A stretch of DNA of 64,000 nucleotides from Malacoraja senta. Its lineage: Eukaryota. The notes below the pieces were generated by a model. It searched no databases and was not told where the DNA came from. It was given only the letters and a program-made list of their open reading frames with translations. The position numbers and the translations under genes were made by a program. Positions 1 to 15,600 of the stretch are shown here, piece after piece. The stretch lies in NCBI GenBank assembly GCA_038087875.1, contig CM075990.1, forward strand, positions 10,788,001 to 10,852,000, given 5' to 3'. Positions within the stretch are counted from its first letter, which is position 1. Every line of letters begins with the position of its first letter.

Positions 1-2394
1 GGAACCAACGAGAGAGCAGGCTATTCTAGACTGGGTATTGAGTAATGAGGAAGGGTTAGTTAGCAGTCTTGTTGTGCGTGGCCCCTTGGGCAAGAGTGAC
101 CATAATATGGTTGAGTTCTTCATTAGGATGGAGAGTGACATTGTTAATTCAGAAACAAGGGTTCTGAACTTAAAGAAAGGTAACTTTGAGGGTATGAAAC
201 GTGAATTGGCCAAGATTGACTGGCAATTGATTCTTAAAGGGTTGACGGTGGTTATGCAATGGAAGGCATTTAAAGACTGCATGGATGAACTACAAAAATT
301 GTTCGTCCCAGTTTGGCAAAAGAATAAATCAGGGAAGGTAGTGCATCCGTGGATAACAAGGGAAATCAGGGATAGTATCAAAACAAAAGATGAAGCGTAC
401 AAATTAGCCAGAAAAAGCAGCCTACCAGAGGACTGGGAGAAATTCAGAGTCCAGCAGAGGAGGACAAAGGGCTTAATTAGGAAAGGGAAAATAGATTATG
501 AAAGAAAACTGGTAGGGAACATAAAAACTGACTGCAAAAGTTTGTATTGATATGTGAAGAGAAAGAGATTAGTTAAAACAAATGTAGGTCCCTTGCAGTC
601 AGAAACAGGTGAATTGATCATGGGGAACAAGGACATGGCAGACCAATTGAATAACTACTTTGGTTCTGTCTTCACTAAGGAAGACATAAATAATCTGCCG
701 GAAATAGCAGGGGACCGCGGGGTCAAATGAGATAGAGGAACTGAGTGAAATCCAGGTTAGCCGGGGAGTGGTGTTAGGTAAATTGAATGGATTAAAGGCC
801 GATAAATCCCCAGGGCCAGATAGGCTGCATCCCAGAGTACTTAAGGAAGTAGCCCCAGAAATAGTGGATGCAATAGTGATAATTTTTCAAAACTCCTTTG
901 ATTCTGGAGTAGTTCCTGAGGATTGGAGGGTAGCTAATGTAACCCCCCTTTTTAAAAAGGGAGGGAGAGAGAAAACGGGGAATTACAGACCAGTTAGTCT
1001 AACATCGATAGTGGGGAAACTGCTAGAGTCAGTTATTAAAGATGGGATAGCAGCACATTTGGAAAGTGGTGAAATCATTGGACAAAGTCAGCATGGATTT
1101 ACGAAAGGTAAATCATGTCTGACGAATCTTATAGAATTTTTCGAGGATGTAACTAGTAGTCTGGATAAGGGAGAACCAGTGGATGTGTTATATCTGAACT
1201 TTCAGAAGGCTTTCGACAAGGTCCCACATAAGAGATTAGTATACAAACTTAAAGCACACGGTATTGGGGGTTCAGTATTGATGGGGATAGAGAACTGGCT
1301 GGCAAACAGGAAGCAAAGAGTAGGAGTAAACGGGTCCTTTTCAGAATGGCAGGCAGTGACTAGTGGGGTACCGCAAGGCTCAGTGCTGGGGCCCCAGCTA
1401 TTTACAATATATATTAATGATTTGGATGAGGGAATTGAATGCAACATCTCCAAGTTTGCGGATGACACGAAGCTGGGGGTCAGTGTTAGCTGTGAGGATG
1501 ATGCTAGGAGGCTGCAAGGTGACTTGGATAGGCTGGGTGAGTGGGCAAATGCATGGCAGATGCAGTATAATGTGGATAAATGTGAGGTTATCCACTTTGG
1601 TGGCAAAAACAGGAAAGTAGAATAATATCTAAATGGTGGCCGATTAGGAAAAGGGGAGAGGCAACGAGACCTGGGTGTCATGGTACACCAGTCATTGAAA
1701 GTAGGCATGCAGGTGCAGCAGGCAGTGAAGAAAGCTAATGGTATGTTAGCATTCATAGCAAAAGGATTTGAGTACAGGAGCAGGGAGGTTCTACTGCAGT
1801 TGTACAGGGTCTTGGTGAGACCACACCTGGAGTATTGCGTACAGTTTTGGTCTCCAAATCTGAGGAAAGACATTCTTGCCATAGAGGGAGTACAGAGAAG
1901 GTTCACCAGATTGATTCCTGGGATGTCAGGACTTTCATATGAAGAAAGACTGGATAGACTCGGCTTGTACTCGCTAGAATTAAGAAGATTGAGGGGGGAT
2001 CTTATAGAAACTTACAAAATTCTTAAGGGATTGGACAGGCTAGATGCAGGAAGATTGTTCCCGATGTTGGGGAAGTCCAGGACAAGGGAACACAGTTTAA
2101 GGATTAAGGGGAAATCCTTTAGGACCGAGATGAGAAAAAACATTTTTCACACAGAGAGTGGTGAATCTCTGGAACTCTCTGCCACAGAAGGTAGTTGAGG
2201 CCAGTTCATTGGCTATATTTAAGAGGGAGTTAGATGTGGCCCTTGGGGCTAAAGGGATCAGGGGGTATGGAGAGAAGGCAGGTACAGGATACTGAGTTGG
2301 ATGATCAGCCATGATCATATTGAATGGCGGTGCAGGCTCGAAGGGCCGAATGGCCTACTCCTGCACCTATTTTCTATGTTTCTATGTTTCTATG
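1..2394 (+). mobile_element. CR1 LINE, ORF2 3' part (reverse transcriptase) with 3' UTR and (TTTCTATG)n tail; disabled
   Basis: ORFs 38-550, 768-1625 and 1680-2198 carry CR1 RT motifs (NYRPVSLTS, GVPQGSVLGP, FADD at 1455-1466). Stops at 548 and 1623, frameshifts near 720 and 2140; octamer tail ends at 2394. Confidence 0.96.
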
Positions 2395-2689
2395 AGTAGC
2401 AACAATTTAAATTGAAAGGAACATGTTGAAATAAATTGGCCGAAGATCCTGAGAAGAAGATTGTTTGAAAGTATGGTTTCTTACCATCTGGAATATAGAA
2501 ACAGATTCAATAATAACTTGCAAAATGAATATGCATTTAGGATTGAGGTGGAATATATAGAATTCAGAAAACAAAGTTGGAGTACAACTGATTGAATTGC
2601 CCTTCTGAAAGAAATAGAATAAGTACATCAATCCTTCTAAGCTACTGTATCATGGACAATGCATACACCAAGGTGCTCAGTTAATCCAA

Positions 2690-3230
2690 AAATATTGTTA
2701 TGGTCCAATTGGAGTACTGTGTATGCTTTGATTCGCCCTGCTCTAGGAAGGATGTTATTAAACTTCAAATAATGCAAAACAGATTTATAAGGATATTATT
2801 GGGCTGGCCAGAAGAGGATGGGTCTGCCAAGCCTTCTGTCCCTGGAGTATTGGAGACCAAGGGATAGAGGTTTATAAAATCATGAGGGGCAATGATAAGG
2901 TGAATTGCCACAGTCTGTTCCCCAACAAAGGGTAGTCTAAATCTAGAGGGCATAGGTTCAAGGCAAGAGGGGAAAGATTTAAAATGGACCCGAGAGGCAA
3001 CTTCTTCACACTGAGGGAAGTGGAAACATGGAACAAGCTGCCAGAAGAAGCGGTAAAGGAAGGTTCAATTATGACATTTTAAAGACAGGTGGACAGGTAT
3101 GTAGATAGAAAAGCTTTGGAGAGATATGGGCCAAGTGAGGCAAGTGAGACCAGCTTGGTTAGGCAACTTGGTCGGCATTGTTGGTTTGGTCCAAAGCTGT
3201 TTCATATTGCATAGCTCTATAGTTCTCTAT
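2690..3230 (+). mobile_element. Older, diverged CR1 3' fragment
   Basis: Degenerate similarity to 1810-2390 (ggagtactgtgt, tctagagggcataggttcaagg, ctctat tail). Confidence 0.75.
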
Positions 3231-3329
3231 TAAATACACTCACAGCAGATTAGCAAACAGTGCTGAAAACCTTTTTTTGGCAATAAATGAATGTTAATAA
3301 TTTCCAAACATTATTATTACTGTGTTTCA

Positions 3330-3475
3330 CTATTGTTGGTTGTTTATTTTTCTTATAATACTGAACTTTGTTGTTGATTATTGTGTTTACAGAGTTCTAT
3401 GTTTACTTATCTGTTGTAAGAATTCCATCGTTCCCTTTCAGGACACATGACAATAAAACGCTCTCGACTCTTGGA
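3330..3475 (+). mobile_element. LINE 3' tail fragment (Rex1/L2-like)
   Basis: gacacatgacaataaaacgctctcgactcttg end, shared with 9990-10020. Confidence 0.6.
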
Positions 3476-3519
3476 AACAAGAAGTGAAAATGCATACAGT
3501 TCACTTGTACATGACTCAC

Positions 3520-3680
3520 CACCAGCCAGCCACTGCTGGCAATGTCAACATCAGTGGCAGAACGGTGTACCTTGGTCTGCTTCCCATGCTCTGCATACAC
3601 TTCAGAGTCTGAGGTGTAGCCACGATCTGAATTAACTTCACTGGGATGGTAGGATGCAATTTCACTATCAGACTGTGCAC
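3520..3680 (-). CDS. GBF1: GBF1 exon (GAQSDSE...[11 protein letters not shown]...HRSATD...GWLV)
   Basis: TTTAAAAG / GTGAGT, 161 nt. Confidence 0.95.
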
Positions 3681-6600
3681 CTTTTAAAGAAGCACAACAT
3701 TCTTTACTGTAAGATCACGTACACTGAGGTATAGATGCATAAAATCCAAAATAACAAAATCAGAATCTTTATTTCTCGACAGTTCCAACAATATCTGTGC
3801 AAGATATGGTTAACATTTCACGGGAGGCACGATTGCGTAGCGGTAGATCTGCTTGCTGCCTTACAGCAAGCAGACAGAGATCCGGGTTCGATCCTGACTA
3901 CAGGTGCTTGTCTGTACGTTCTCCCTGTGTGTGTTTACTCTGAGATCCTCCCACACTCCAAAGACGTAGAGGTTTGCAGGTTAATTGGCTTGGTATGAAT
4001 GTAAAATTGTCCCGAGTGTGTGAAGGAAGAGGGACAGTAGTGATATATTAAGATCATACAAACCAAAGTCCAGCAGAAGAACTAACGCCAATGTAGATTG
4101 ATTCCATTACTTATTCTTAATGGAACTTGGAATAAATGATGTCTAACCTGAACACATCCCAATGGGGTACAAGCACCCAAGATGCATGAAATTTAAGCTA
4201 TTTTGCTTAACTTTCCCACTGCATCTTTCTACTATTCATGCCAGGAAAAAGAACCTTGGAGCATATTCATGCTATTTTAAATTTTCAAGTTGGTACCAGC
4301 CATGCTGGGAACCATTCAAAGTACAACCCTGATATCAACACTGGGGCCCGCTGCACACATTTACTCCACTAAAACCATCTATTTGCAACCAGATAAAAGA
4401 ACCCACATTGACAATGTAGTTAGTTGCCCAAATCTGAGAGTGAAGCCACTGGATGAAAACCCTTGTATCTTAACTGGTTGCAACCTCATTTGGTTTTGAT
4501 GCATTGGATAATTATATAATCAAACACCGAGCCTGTACTGAATATGGGATTTTTGAGATCAAAATATATGCATCTCCTGCATCCCTCAAAAAAGGAAAAA
4601 TTGAGTATTCAGATATCCTGGGCCACTTACAAATTTCCTTTGACTCTGTAGGTCCACTTTTCAGAGACCAGCTCACCCTGCCTATTCATATGTAGTGTAA
4701 GTGTGACATTGAAGAATGAAGGAGCTAATATTTTAAGGAATTCAAAAAATCTACATACTTCATAATAAATCGCCTAAATTCTGAATGTGATGTGGAAAGC
4801 ACCCTTTCGAGATGATCGCAATGTTTAAAGATGTTTCTGTTAGTTAAAAATGGCAGCAATTCTCTAATACAGCAGAGCATCTTTTACAAATATTGATCTA
4901 TGTTGAGTGTGGATGCACATTTAGATGCAATAAATTCTAATTAATTGCAATTTTAATTCCTACTATAAGATTACAAGACTATTTAGAAATACTTTGCCAC
5001 CACATAATGCCAATTTCCTGTTAGAAAGCCTGCTAAAGAGCAGGATTTCCTATTTTTAAAGTACCTAATTAGCAAAGCCCACCTACCCATGTGTGACATT
5101 TATCACATTTTGTTTACTTATAATAAGCTCAGCTCAAGTTCAGTGTTTATAGCAATGAGTGAAATTCAATACACTGTTTCATTAATGGACCTCTTGTTAG
5201 ATCAATGAGATTTACAGAATATATTAGCGTTAATTAAAAAGGCTTCATTTACAGTAAGCAGCTGAAATACTGGGCATCCAATTTCACTTTGCATCCTTAT
5301 TTTCAGTTTGTTTCCTTCTCCACTATCTTTCCTGCTCTGTTTTGTCATGAATGAACCATCCTACCACAACTAGAGAGCAGTCCTGAACTACTATCTACCT
5401 CATGGGGGACCCTCGGACTATCTTTGAATGGACTTTACTGGCTTTACCTTGCACTAAATGTTATTTCCTTATCATACATCTGTGCACTGTGAGTGGCTCG
5501 ATTGTAATCATGTATTGTCTTTCCGCTGACTGGTTAGCATGCAACAAAAGCTTTTCGCTGTACCTCGGTACACGTGACAATATACTGAAACTAAAAGATT
5601 AACTGAAATGAAGTAAACACCAGCTGCTTGTTAGTGGATATGCTTTCACTTGACATAACATCTGAGCGGCTGCTTAGTAAAGGGTAATTCTGGAAATTAA
5701 CCTGCATCATGGCTATCGACTCCAGATGCTATCTGTAGAGCAGGTGGAGGTTTGACTCCTGCGCCAATACATTCTAGGAGCGTAAACAAGGTACACCAGT
5801 CATCACTCGAGTGAATGTTGGCAGCATTGGTCTTCAGCAGCTCATGCAAGCCATATGCAATTTGTCGGCTCACTCTTGATAAGACAATTGGTTTCATCAT
5901 GAGCAGAACTCTCAAGGAGAGAAGCACCTGAAAAATAAATCAAAATATGTTAGACAAAAATATAATTCATGTTATTTCATTCTATTATTTGAAGTGCGAT
6001 TAGAACTGTCTTGATAGAATACTTCATGAGAAGTGGAAATGGCAGAATCCACATTGGATACTGCTGAGCACTAAGTTTACAATAATACTCCTTTTTTTGC
6101 AGGAATTTACATCTACCAAAGAAAAACTAACATTAGACCAGATTTCACTGGCTAGCTCCATTGTTCAAAATCCAATCTCTGGTGTTGGATGTTTAAACAA
6201 CATTGTCCAAAACATCTGCACATGAACTGTCAAACTGCAGCAACCCAGACTTGCGGACAGATTTTAACTACCATATTTCTCAGTTTACTTCTTGGATTCT
6301 GTACATGATTATAAAAGCAAATGAACAAATGGAATATGATTTTAAAAGAAGGAACTAAACAAGTCAGTGATAATCTGCTGTGTTGTGAATTTGTGGCTTC
6401 ATGTTGGAAGGTAAATTCAATGACTCCTTGAATGTTCATATTCAAATTGGACTTAGTTCACATTCTTTTTAATTTTATTTTTGTTTAAGTCTTTTATGAG
6501 CTTGGTCCTGCAATTCCTCATACCTGTGAACTGATCTCCTCTCTGCGTAGCAACCGTATTGCCAGCCTCAGAAGACCTACAACGGCTCTTTCAACAAGGA

Positions 6601-9600
6601 AACATTGCTCTGTGGCATGAACAGTCAAATGGTACAGATGGTCTCTTACAGTTTGCCAGACACAGGAGACACGATCTCTGTAGGAAAGAAAAGCATCAAA
6701 TATAAAAAAAATAGAAATCTTTCACACGTGAAGTTGCTTAAGAAATCCACGAAGGCGGAAGATGAAACATCTGCCCTTCTAGTTTTACCCTTTCTCTGCA
6801 TTGATGGGCCCTAATCATATCTTCCAGATGTAGCAGCGATGACAAGCATTTCTTCCAATTTCATTTACAGTGCTATGGATTCCTCTATATTGGAGAAACC
6901 AAAGATAGATTGGATATCTTTTTTGAAGCACATTTCTATTCATCCACAAGGATGACTATGAACATTCAATTTTCAATCCCATTCCCACTCTGAATTACCA
7001 CTCTTGGCCTCTTACTGTTGTTCCAATGAAGCCCAATAGAAACTCGAGGAACACTGCATTACAGACCTTAGAACATAACGCCAAATTCAACAATATCAGA
7101 TAATTAGTCTATCCAGATTGTATTGGAACTGGTCAATTCTGAAAGCATCCTTAACCTGCAATGTTAATACGATATCTCTCATCACAGTTGTTGCCCGACC
7201 TGCTGAGTATTACAAGCATAGCCTGTTTTTATTTCAGATCTTCAGCATCTATAGAATCTTGCTTCTCCACACCGTAGCTCAAAGTTCCTGAATTTTCTTC
7301 TTAGTTTTCGCTCTGTTCCAATAAAACACCTCTCACATACAAATCCTCCAGAGATCTTCAAACCTTTATCACTCTCCCAACTAACACCACCACTTGCATC
7401 GTACAATCTGAAAGCTGGCCTACAACTGGCCTGCTTGATCTACAACTTTTCACAGTTCTGACAGAAAGTCATTGACTGTGGACATTAATTTTGTGGTTCC
7501 ATCCATGCTGCTTGATCCAATGAACACTGCCTAGATATCGGGCCCATATTCGGCTTCTGAGAGTGATCAGTTGTTCAACCGTGAGGCAGCCCAGACATTT
7601 TCTTGTACCTGTTTTCCAGCACTATCCGGAGCAGCATCTCAAGGCAAAAAGCCGCATCTTCCTCATCATAGGTCTCCTCGTCTGGTGTAACAGAAATGAG
7701 GGCCTAATGAAATAACAAGTTAAATTAAATTGTTTTAAAGGAAAGATGTCCAAACTAAAGCAAGCTGGTAAAGTTGGTATAAAAACACCAAGGTAAATCA
7801 ACATTGCATTAAGAATTGATCAATCTAACAGCTTTTTGATGAAATTGTCGTGTGGTAGATTCACGTGGGATAGTTATAGGGCATAAACTGATGAAAGAGA
7901 TTCATATAATGTCTTTAGCAGATTCACAGCCCTCCAAAGAATTTGGGTCTTCCATAAGTTACTAAAATGACCTGGATTTGCCTCATCACAGCAAAACTCT
8001 TAACCGAATAGGAGATCAACATTTAAACACAATAACTATGGCCAAGAGACATGATAATCAATGACAAGAGCATGAGATTTGGATTGTTTACTTTATAATC
8101 ATCGAACCTTCATCAGCTCTTGAAGAGACTCCAACTGAAGGAATTTGCTCTCAGTAATCAGCTTCTCAGGGTCACATTGCTGGAATTTAAAAAAAGTTAA
8201 AAGTCATGTCATGACCAATGGGGTTGAGGTAACATCACTGCAGATCATTAAACAATATTTAATCAGTAAATACCCAGATGATATATCCTAACGACACTGT
8301 CAAATAATATGAATAGTCTGAGAAATAATTGAACCTTTGAAAATCTCATGATATTGGAAGGTCATGATACCATCAAGGTTTCCAGTAAATACCACAACCA
8401 CGCCGTGCAATTTATATAAAGAAAAAATAAAATTGAAGCCAGGCCAGTTCTCTTTCAGTATTAACATGGTAAAAGAATGCTAACACACTGTGGGAAGGTG
8501 GCCCCTCTAAGCCTGAAGGATGGGGAACGGACGTTGAGCTGAAAGATTCTACGGAAGAACAGCAGCGGAATATCAGGTCATAGTGTTATTGGTGATTTGG
8601 ATCTCTATTACACAGCTATTGAACTCACAGCCTAATGACATTTATATAATGACATTTGGGAAATTCCATTTCCAGAATTCAAGTTCATCCTCTTATGATG
8701 GCATCACAAGCCAAAATGTACACAGCGTAATTTTAGAGTCTGTCATAAAATTCAAGTTAACCATTCATTAGCACAGAACAGTATAGCACAGAAACAGGAC
8801 CTTCAGCCCAACATGTCTGTGTCAAACATGATGCCGGGTTAAACGAATCTCCTCTGCCTGCACATGTCATTGTTACATTGATAAAAAAATTTTTTAATGT
8901 AGGCAGCTGCAAGGCCCATTTCAGTTCTTTACGGGTATTAATAATGGTATAATCAGAAGGGAAAATTTTAATCTCTGACTAATCTGGTAAGACATTGAGA
9001 AATATTACCAACAAATAGAACAAAAGGAGAACAAAATGGAAAGTGGTAATAGTCTATAAGAATGAAAGGAACACTTCTGTGTAGACAGCACTTGTGTGTA
9101 AACTAATTTTAGAAAACAATATTTTTCCATTTCCACAACAAATCTTTTCTTAAAGGATAAGTAACTTTCAATATATGTCATAAAAGTCTACCAAATGTTA
9201 AACATCTTGCAAAGAAAAACATGTACTCTTTCCAGGCAGTTAAGCAGCATTAACTTTAATTTACCTTAATGCATTCCAGAGCTGCTTGCTTGGCCTCTTC
9301 GTTCTCTATAGAGGGTCCCCTTAGACCAGACTGTTCATTACCACTTAGTGTGAGCCAACTAACGAAACTCAGGACTGTGGATTCACCACTGCATTTCAAT
9401 ACAAAACAATTTAGTACAGCTGCAAATATTTAAAGTCAATATTACACAAAATTATTTAATATTGATCGACTGCACCGTTTAAGATGACCAAGTAGCACAA
9501 ACCATTTTAGTATCAGTTTTTATTTGTAACAGAATTGGAAGAAATTATTTATTTGAAACTAGCTTTAAAATGCAAGACCAGCTATGACCCATTCATTCGT

Positions 9601-12600
9601 TAAATTTCAATAAAGTACATAAGCTACTACACTGCTCCTGGCAAGAGGTATAAAGGGCATCAGAGACCCACCCCATCATGGTCACACACTAATTTCACTC
9701 CTGCCATCGGGAAGATGATATAGGAACTGAAAACCGTAAAACCCAGGTTCAGGAACAGCTTTTTCTCACAGCAATCAGGCTACTAAACACTACAACATCC
9801 AAATAAGCTCTGAACTACATAGACGGGAGCATTGGTTTTGACTTTGTGCACTATTATTATTTGTCTGTATGCGTGTGTATATAAAAATATACTGAACTTT
9901 TTGTTTCCACTTAATATATTGATTAGAGAGTACTATGTTTACATATTTTGTTATTCTGCTGCAAGAAAGAATTGCATTGTTGTGTTTGGGACATATGACA
10001 ATAAAACACTCTTGACTCTTTTTCTGCCTCTACGGTAATTTATCCTGCCAAATTGTCCCATGGTCTCAAAGAGGCATTAAAAATGGGTATACTTTAAAAA
10101 TAAGATAATTTGGTGAAATCTCAGAGATTGTGACTGGAGTGATGCTGTGTGTTGTGATGAAAATCCTGGTTTATGGCCAGAGTTAGCAAATTTACACTCC
10201 AGTAATTATCCAATTATTCTCATCCATTTTGACTTCTAGGCCACCATTTATCATTTCTTGCATTCCTCGTTCAGATTCCCAACCCTCATCGCCTCGTTCA
10301 CGATGCACTCCTCCTCCCAACCCATCTTCCAACAGCATCCCCCAAATTCCATTCTTCCCTTCCCTTCTGAAAGATGCCCTTCTCTCTGCCAATCCTTCAT
10401 CCTTATCCAAGTATATTTTACCTTTCGTAACTTTGGTTTGGTCTCAATTTCACAAAAGCAACACCATGATAAATGAACGTGTTTATATTCCACATATTAA
10501 TAATGCAGTGGTGGTTTCAAATGAATTGTTATTCCAACATTAAAATCATCTCAGTCTGCCATGTTAAGATCCATCCTGAGCAGACAACAAACTGCTGAAG
10601 GAACTTGATGGATCAGGCAGCTGCCTGACCCGCTGAGTTCCTCCAGCAATTTTTTTTCCTCAAGATTCCAACATCTGCTGTCTCTTGTGTCTCTAAATAT
10701 TCTTCCTACCGATTTGAGGGTGTTTCTTCCCGCTGAAGTGAGATTTTCCCATTGGGTTCCACAAAGTCTTCTACCTGCACAAACAAAGATTCACTTGCTA
10801 ACAAAACTCCAGAATAATAATTGATCAACTTAGTCTAAATACTTTCGAACTCAGGTTAGAGAAAGTTATACTCATTTTTTCTTGTTTAAAATAAATCATG
10901 CATAAATCAAACAGGTGTAATAGCTGGGAAAGTAATATGAGTGTAATATGGAGATACTCCAATACAAAATTAAATGTTTTCAAAAAAACCAAAACATGTG
11001 TATATTGTGTGCTTACCATGCTGGAAATTTCCTTAATAACAATTTAGTGGCGACTATTTGCATACCTTGGGTATGCAAGCAAATAATTTCACTGTGACTT
11101 GTCACATGTGATCAAGTATTCATTCACTTCCTTGACCTAAACTATGAACTCTTTCACTTTTGACAGATACCACCTGACCTGAGCAGTTCCAAGATTCATT
11201 ATTACTACTGCAGATTTCCATAACACAGTATTTTGCTTTTGCCATCGCTCTGATCCTCCAAGCAAGGGCATTAAGATGACTTGCAGTCAATATGGTAAGA
11301 AATCATACTCTATTGACTACAGGCAATGCATTTGAATACAATTTAAAAATGGCTTTAAAAATTGATTAGTTGTGACCAGCAGGTGGCAGTATTGCCTCAA
11401 TATTATCACAAATAGGCAACACTAATAGGCCTACTTTTATTAGGAGCTTTTCATTATTACAGACCTTACTGTTATTTCCATATCTTATTTAGAAATATTC
11501 AACCAGTAAGGCAAGAAATAAACTGAAATTAGTTTATAACTTGGGGTATTAACAATCATATTTGTAGATTTCACAACCGAGCTTCCAAGGGATTCCTCCA
11601 CTCGACAAACCCTCTAAAAGTGAACCCAATACCAAATGTCAAGTGTGGAAATCTACAAGTCATGCGCAGTTCTACACCTTCACCCTGCCTGGTGCATATA
11701 TAATGTAGTCAAAGTTCACCTCTCTTTGTCCAATGAAACAATGCACTATTTGTCTTTACAAACATTGTTTTATTTTAATAACCCCTTGTCAAAGTCTCAG
11801 TGGAGCTCACTACTGTTCTGAACTCAGTAATCTCAAGCTCCTCAATTGTAAAGGGCCTGTCCCACTGTACGAGGTAATTCTCCCTAGTTTCCCCTGATTC
11901 GAACTCGGAGAATTACGGTAATAGCCGTTCGTAGGTACTCGGGGCTCTCGTGGACATTTTTCACAGTGCTGAAAAAACGTAACGAGTTACCACGTTTCCC
12001 GAGTACCTGCCGTTAGCATTACGAGCCGCTACGAGACGTCCACGAGCTCCGACGCAGCCGCTGCGTACATTCTACGTACTTACCACGAGTTTGATTTTTT
12101 TTTAAACTCGGGAGAGCTCTTGAATTACCTCGACAGGCCCTTAAGGTAAGTTTGTGACATAAACACTCCAGCTTGGGTTGGGCACAGCAAGATTGAAGGA
12201 GGAGAGAGTAGTCTCTCGCACAGTACCAACTCTTCGTAAAAACATAGTTCAAAGTTCAGATGTATGTAGTAATCCAGAATTTACGCTATGCACAAAGAAT
12301 TTCTGCCACACCACAAAAATGAAAGAGATGACTTGTACTCTGTCAATTCATGCTTCAATGATTCTAACTGAAAAGAAAATGCTGACCCAACACTTTCAAA
12401 TAAATCTGTAATGTCAGTCCAACAGTCAAATTTAACTCGAAAAAAAACCCATGGATTTTATTTCCCTCCCCAAGACCATGATTGTCACAGCATGAAATTT
12501 GAGTGAAAAATGAATGGTTTTATGATTCTGATGGGGAAAAGGAAGCTGCTCCCATTGAAATCATCAATTATATTTTCATTTCTGACGACAGGCTTTTCTC

Positions 12601-15600
12601 TAATCTTTGACTTGTCAAGGTGGAGTAAAAAGAACTCAATGCAACTACTTAACGTTAGGTTAGTGCTCAACAAAATTTCACATCACAACAATTTGTTAAT
12701 AAATCTGAGATTAACATCTAGCTCAGATTTCACCGGATTAATAAAAGTAGCATTCCGAAGCAGTAATTCATGAAAGTTCAATGCATATTCGCTGGTGCAC
12801 GAGGCAATGAACAAGCAGGAAATTACAAAGAGGTGAAGGAAAACTGATGTAACTACAGTTTTAATACTAATGCTACTCCAAAATAATTTACATGTATTTT
12901 GAATGAACATGCTTTGCTTCCGCAAGTCTTTCTGCTCACCAAACATAAATTGGATTATTGTTCATTGAACATTTCCACTCAATATGACCACAATTTCCCA
13001 GAAGTTAAAAGTTAGATTGCTTCAACTCATTCCGATAACCAGCGTGCCATCCTTGACTTTATAAAAAGGTAATTAATAAATTTAATGGCAGTGTTAAAAG
13101 CCGAAAAGGTACAAAGTTCCAGGCAGCACACCCTGCTGATTGGAGTCAGCCTGTGGAAAAAATATAGGAACACAAGTTGAGTAATGGAAGAGAAGAATGT
13201 TGACTGGGTGGGGAAAATGGGACAGGTTGGAATTTGTAAAATGAGTGTTTGGGCTGTTGGAAGAGCAGGAATAAAAATAGAGATACATTTGCAATGAGCG
13301 ACTGGCCAATAGTCTTTGATATGTTATTGTCACATGCACCAAGATACAGTGGAAAAACTGTGTGTTCTATCCAGTCAAGTCAAATCATGCTATGTATGAC
13401 TACAATCAAGTCCTACACAAGTATGCAGGTTCTGCAAAGGGAAAAATACTAGAGTGCAGAATATAATGTTACAGGATTGCAACATTACAGTCCCAGGGAA
13501 AAAGTCCAATGTCTGCAAATATGTAGGTTGGGAGATCAGGACTACACCCTAACTTATGGGAGGATCGTCCAGTACTCTCATGACAAAGGGGAAGTTGTTG
13601 TTCCTGAATCTGGGGGTCTGTGCTTTCAAGCTTTTGTATCTTCTGCCCGTAGGGAGAAGAGTGAATGACCGGAGTTAAAAAGGTCGTTAATTATGTAGGC
13701 TGCATTCCCGAGGCGGTGTGAAGTGTAGATCAAGAGCGTTTAACTGTCAGATGGAGTGGATGGTGGGGAACTGGTTATTGAGACAGGTCACTTTACTTTT
13801 CTTCGGGATTGGAATGATGCAGGTTTCCATTAAGCAGATGTGTTTTTGAAATTGCACGCCAATGAACTGGCCATTTTTCACCAATATCTTCAATCTCTCG
13901 CTTCAACAATCAACTTTCCCTAGTTGCTTCATAGAAAGTGCATCATTCCAGCCCCCAAGGAAAATTACCTGTTACAATGACTACTGCACAGTAGCTTATT
14001 GCAACAGTATCTCAACACTTCTATTGCTGCTCTTTCAATAGCCAAATACTAATTTTACAAATTTCAACTTGTCTCATTTTTTCCCCACCCAGTCAACGTT
14101 CTTCTCATTTATTACTCATCCTGTGTTGTTCCAATATTTTTTCCACAGGCTGGCTGTAATCACTAGGGTGTGCTACCTAGAACTTTGTATCCTTATAGTT
14201 TTTAACCACTTCAATTAAATTTATTAATCACCTTTTCGTAACAATCAACACAGCCGACTTCGCCATTTTTTGTTCCCTCCCTCTTTGTGCAGATCAATCC
14301 TAAAAATAACATTTTGTTTTCTCCTAGTTATAATTTACTTCCAAGCACAATTAACAACTTTGGTCAATGCATGGGCATTGCACGATGGGCATTGCATGCT
14401 TTCAGAGCATTTGCAACAACAACATTTATTCAACGTGTTTAATATATTTTCCCATACTTGCACAAGTACAAGTTTTCAGTAAAATTTTCTGCATTGTACT
14501 GGAATGTTTCTTAATATCAAAGGCACAATACAGTCAACAAATTTGTTCAAAGCAAAACACATTCTTGTGCACCAAGTCTCCCAATAGTTATCCGAATTAG
14601 TGTACTTCAGACATCACAAGTTTCATGAGTAAATGCACTGTGTTCCGACAATTAGGGTCTGGATGAACAGGGTTAAGTTTGGAGGCTTTCAAGAAGCGCC
14701 ATAAACTAAAATTCATCCGATTATTTGATTATTTTCCCCCCATTATTCTCACAAGACTGCATGAATAACAAGCCTCTCCTTGATAGACCATCCTCAATTG
14801 CTTTAGGAAAAAATGGTATTACCCCATGTTCGTAAAATATTATCGTCTATGTAGTGAAGTTACTCCCACAACGGAGATGAGGATTTCTACCAACTATCAA
14901 GATGTATTTATTCCTTATTATTCCATGGATTAAAAATGTCTTTCAGTCTCAAACAATAAATATGGCCCTGCCCATCATGTACGAGGGCTATTAACAGATT
15001 CATTTTTGTCTGAATGTCTGTGCAGCATGAGGTTAGTAACCTAAAGGGGGCAATTTAAGCCATACTGTCTCCCACCAATATCATCATCTCAATTTACTAT
15101 GTGTTGGGATTTATTTTACAAAAAATGTACATGAGCTTGGCTCTGTCACAATAATGTCTTCATCTTTTTGCTTGGAAAAAATTTCTTTATTTCATAGAAC
15201 AACATCACAACGAGCATAAATAGCCATAGGCATTACTGTATTTGTAAACGTCATCTCACATATTCACCATACTTTAACAGTAGGATTTAGTTCTGGAGGA
15301 AATACTTACCTCTATCATGGCTTTGGGCAAAAGCTCGGCACGGAAAAGTTGCAGCATCGCGTCCATAATGTTCTTCCACCCCTCTCTAAGAATGTCGCCA
15401 TGACGATGTGACAAATTAAACACCGTCTTGGCTGCCAGTTGAGCTTTCGCATTGCTACCAAAAACATTTGGAAGATTCTCTACAGACTGCAGGAAAAGAG
15501 CACAATACAGTTAATTTACAGCAAAGCAGCCCATTGCCAATGGTTGATTTAATTAAAAGGGACGGGATCAAATTGACACGGTTAACAACACATGAAAAAC

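Noticed and set aside
1202-1906. 234-aa minus-strand ORF
   Set aside because: Antisense shadow of the CR1 RT; the same peptide recurs at 52819-53037
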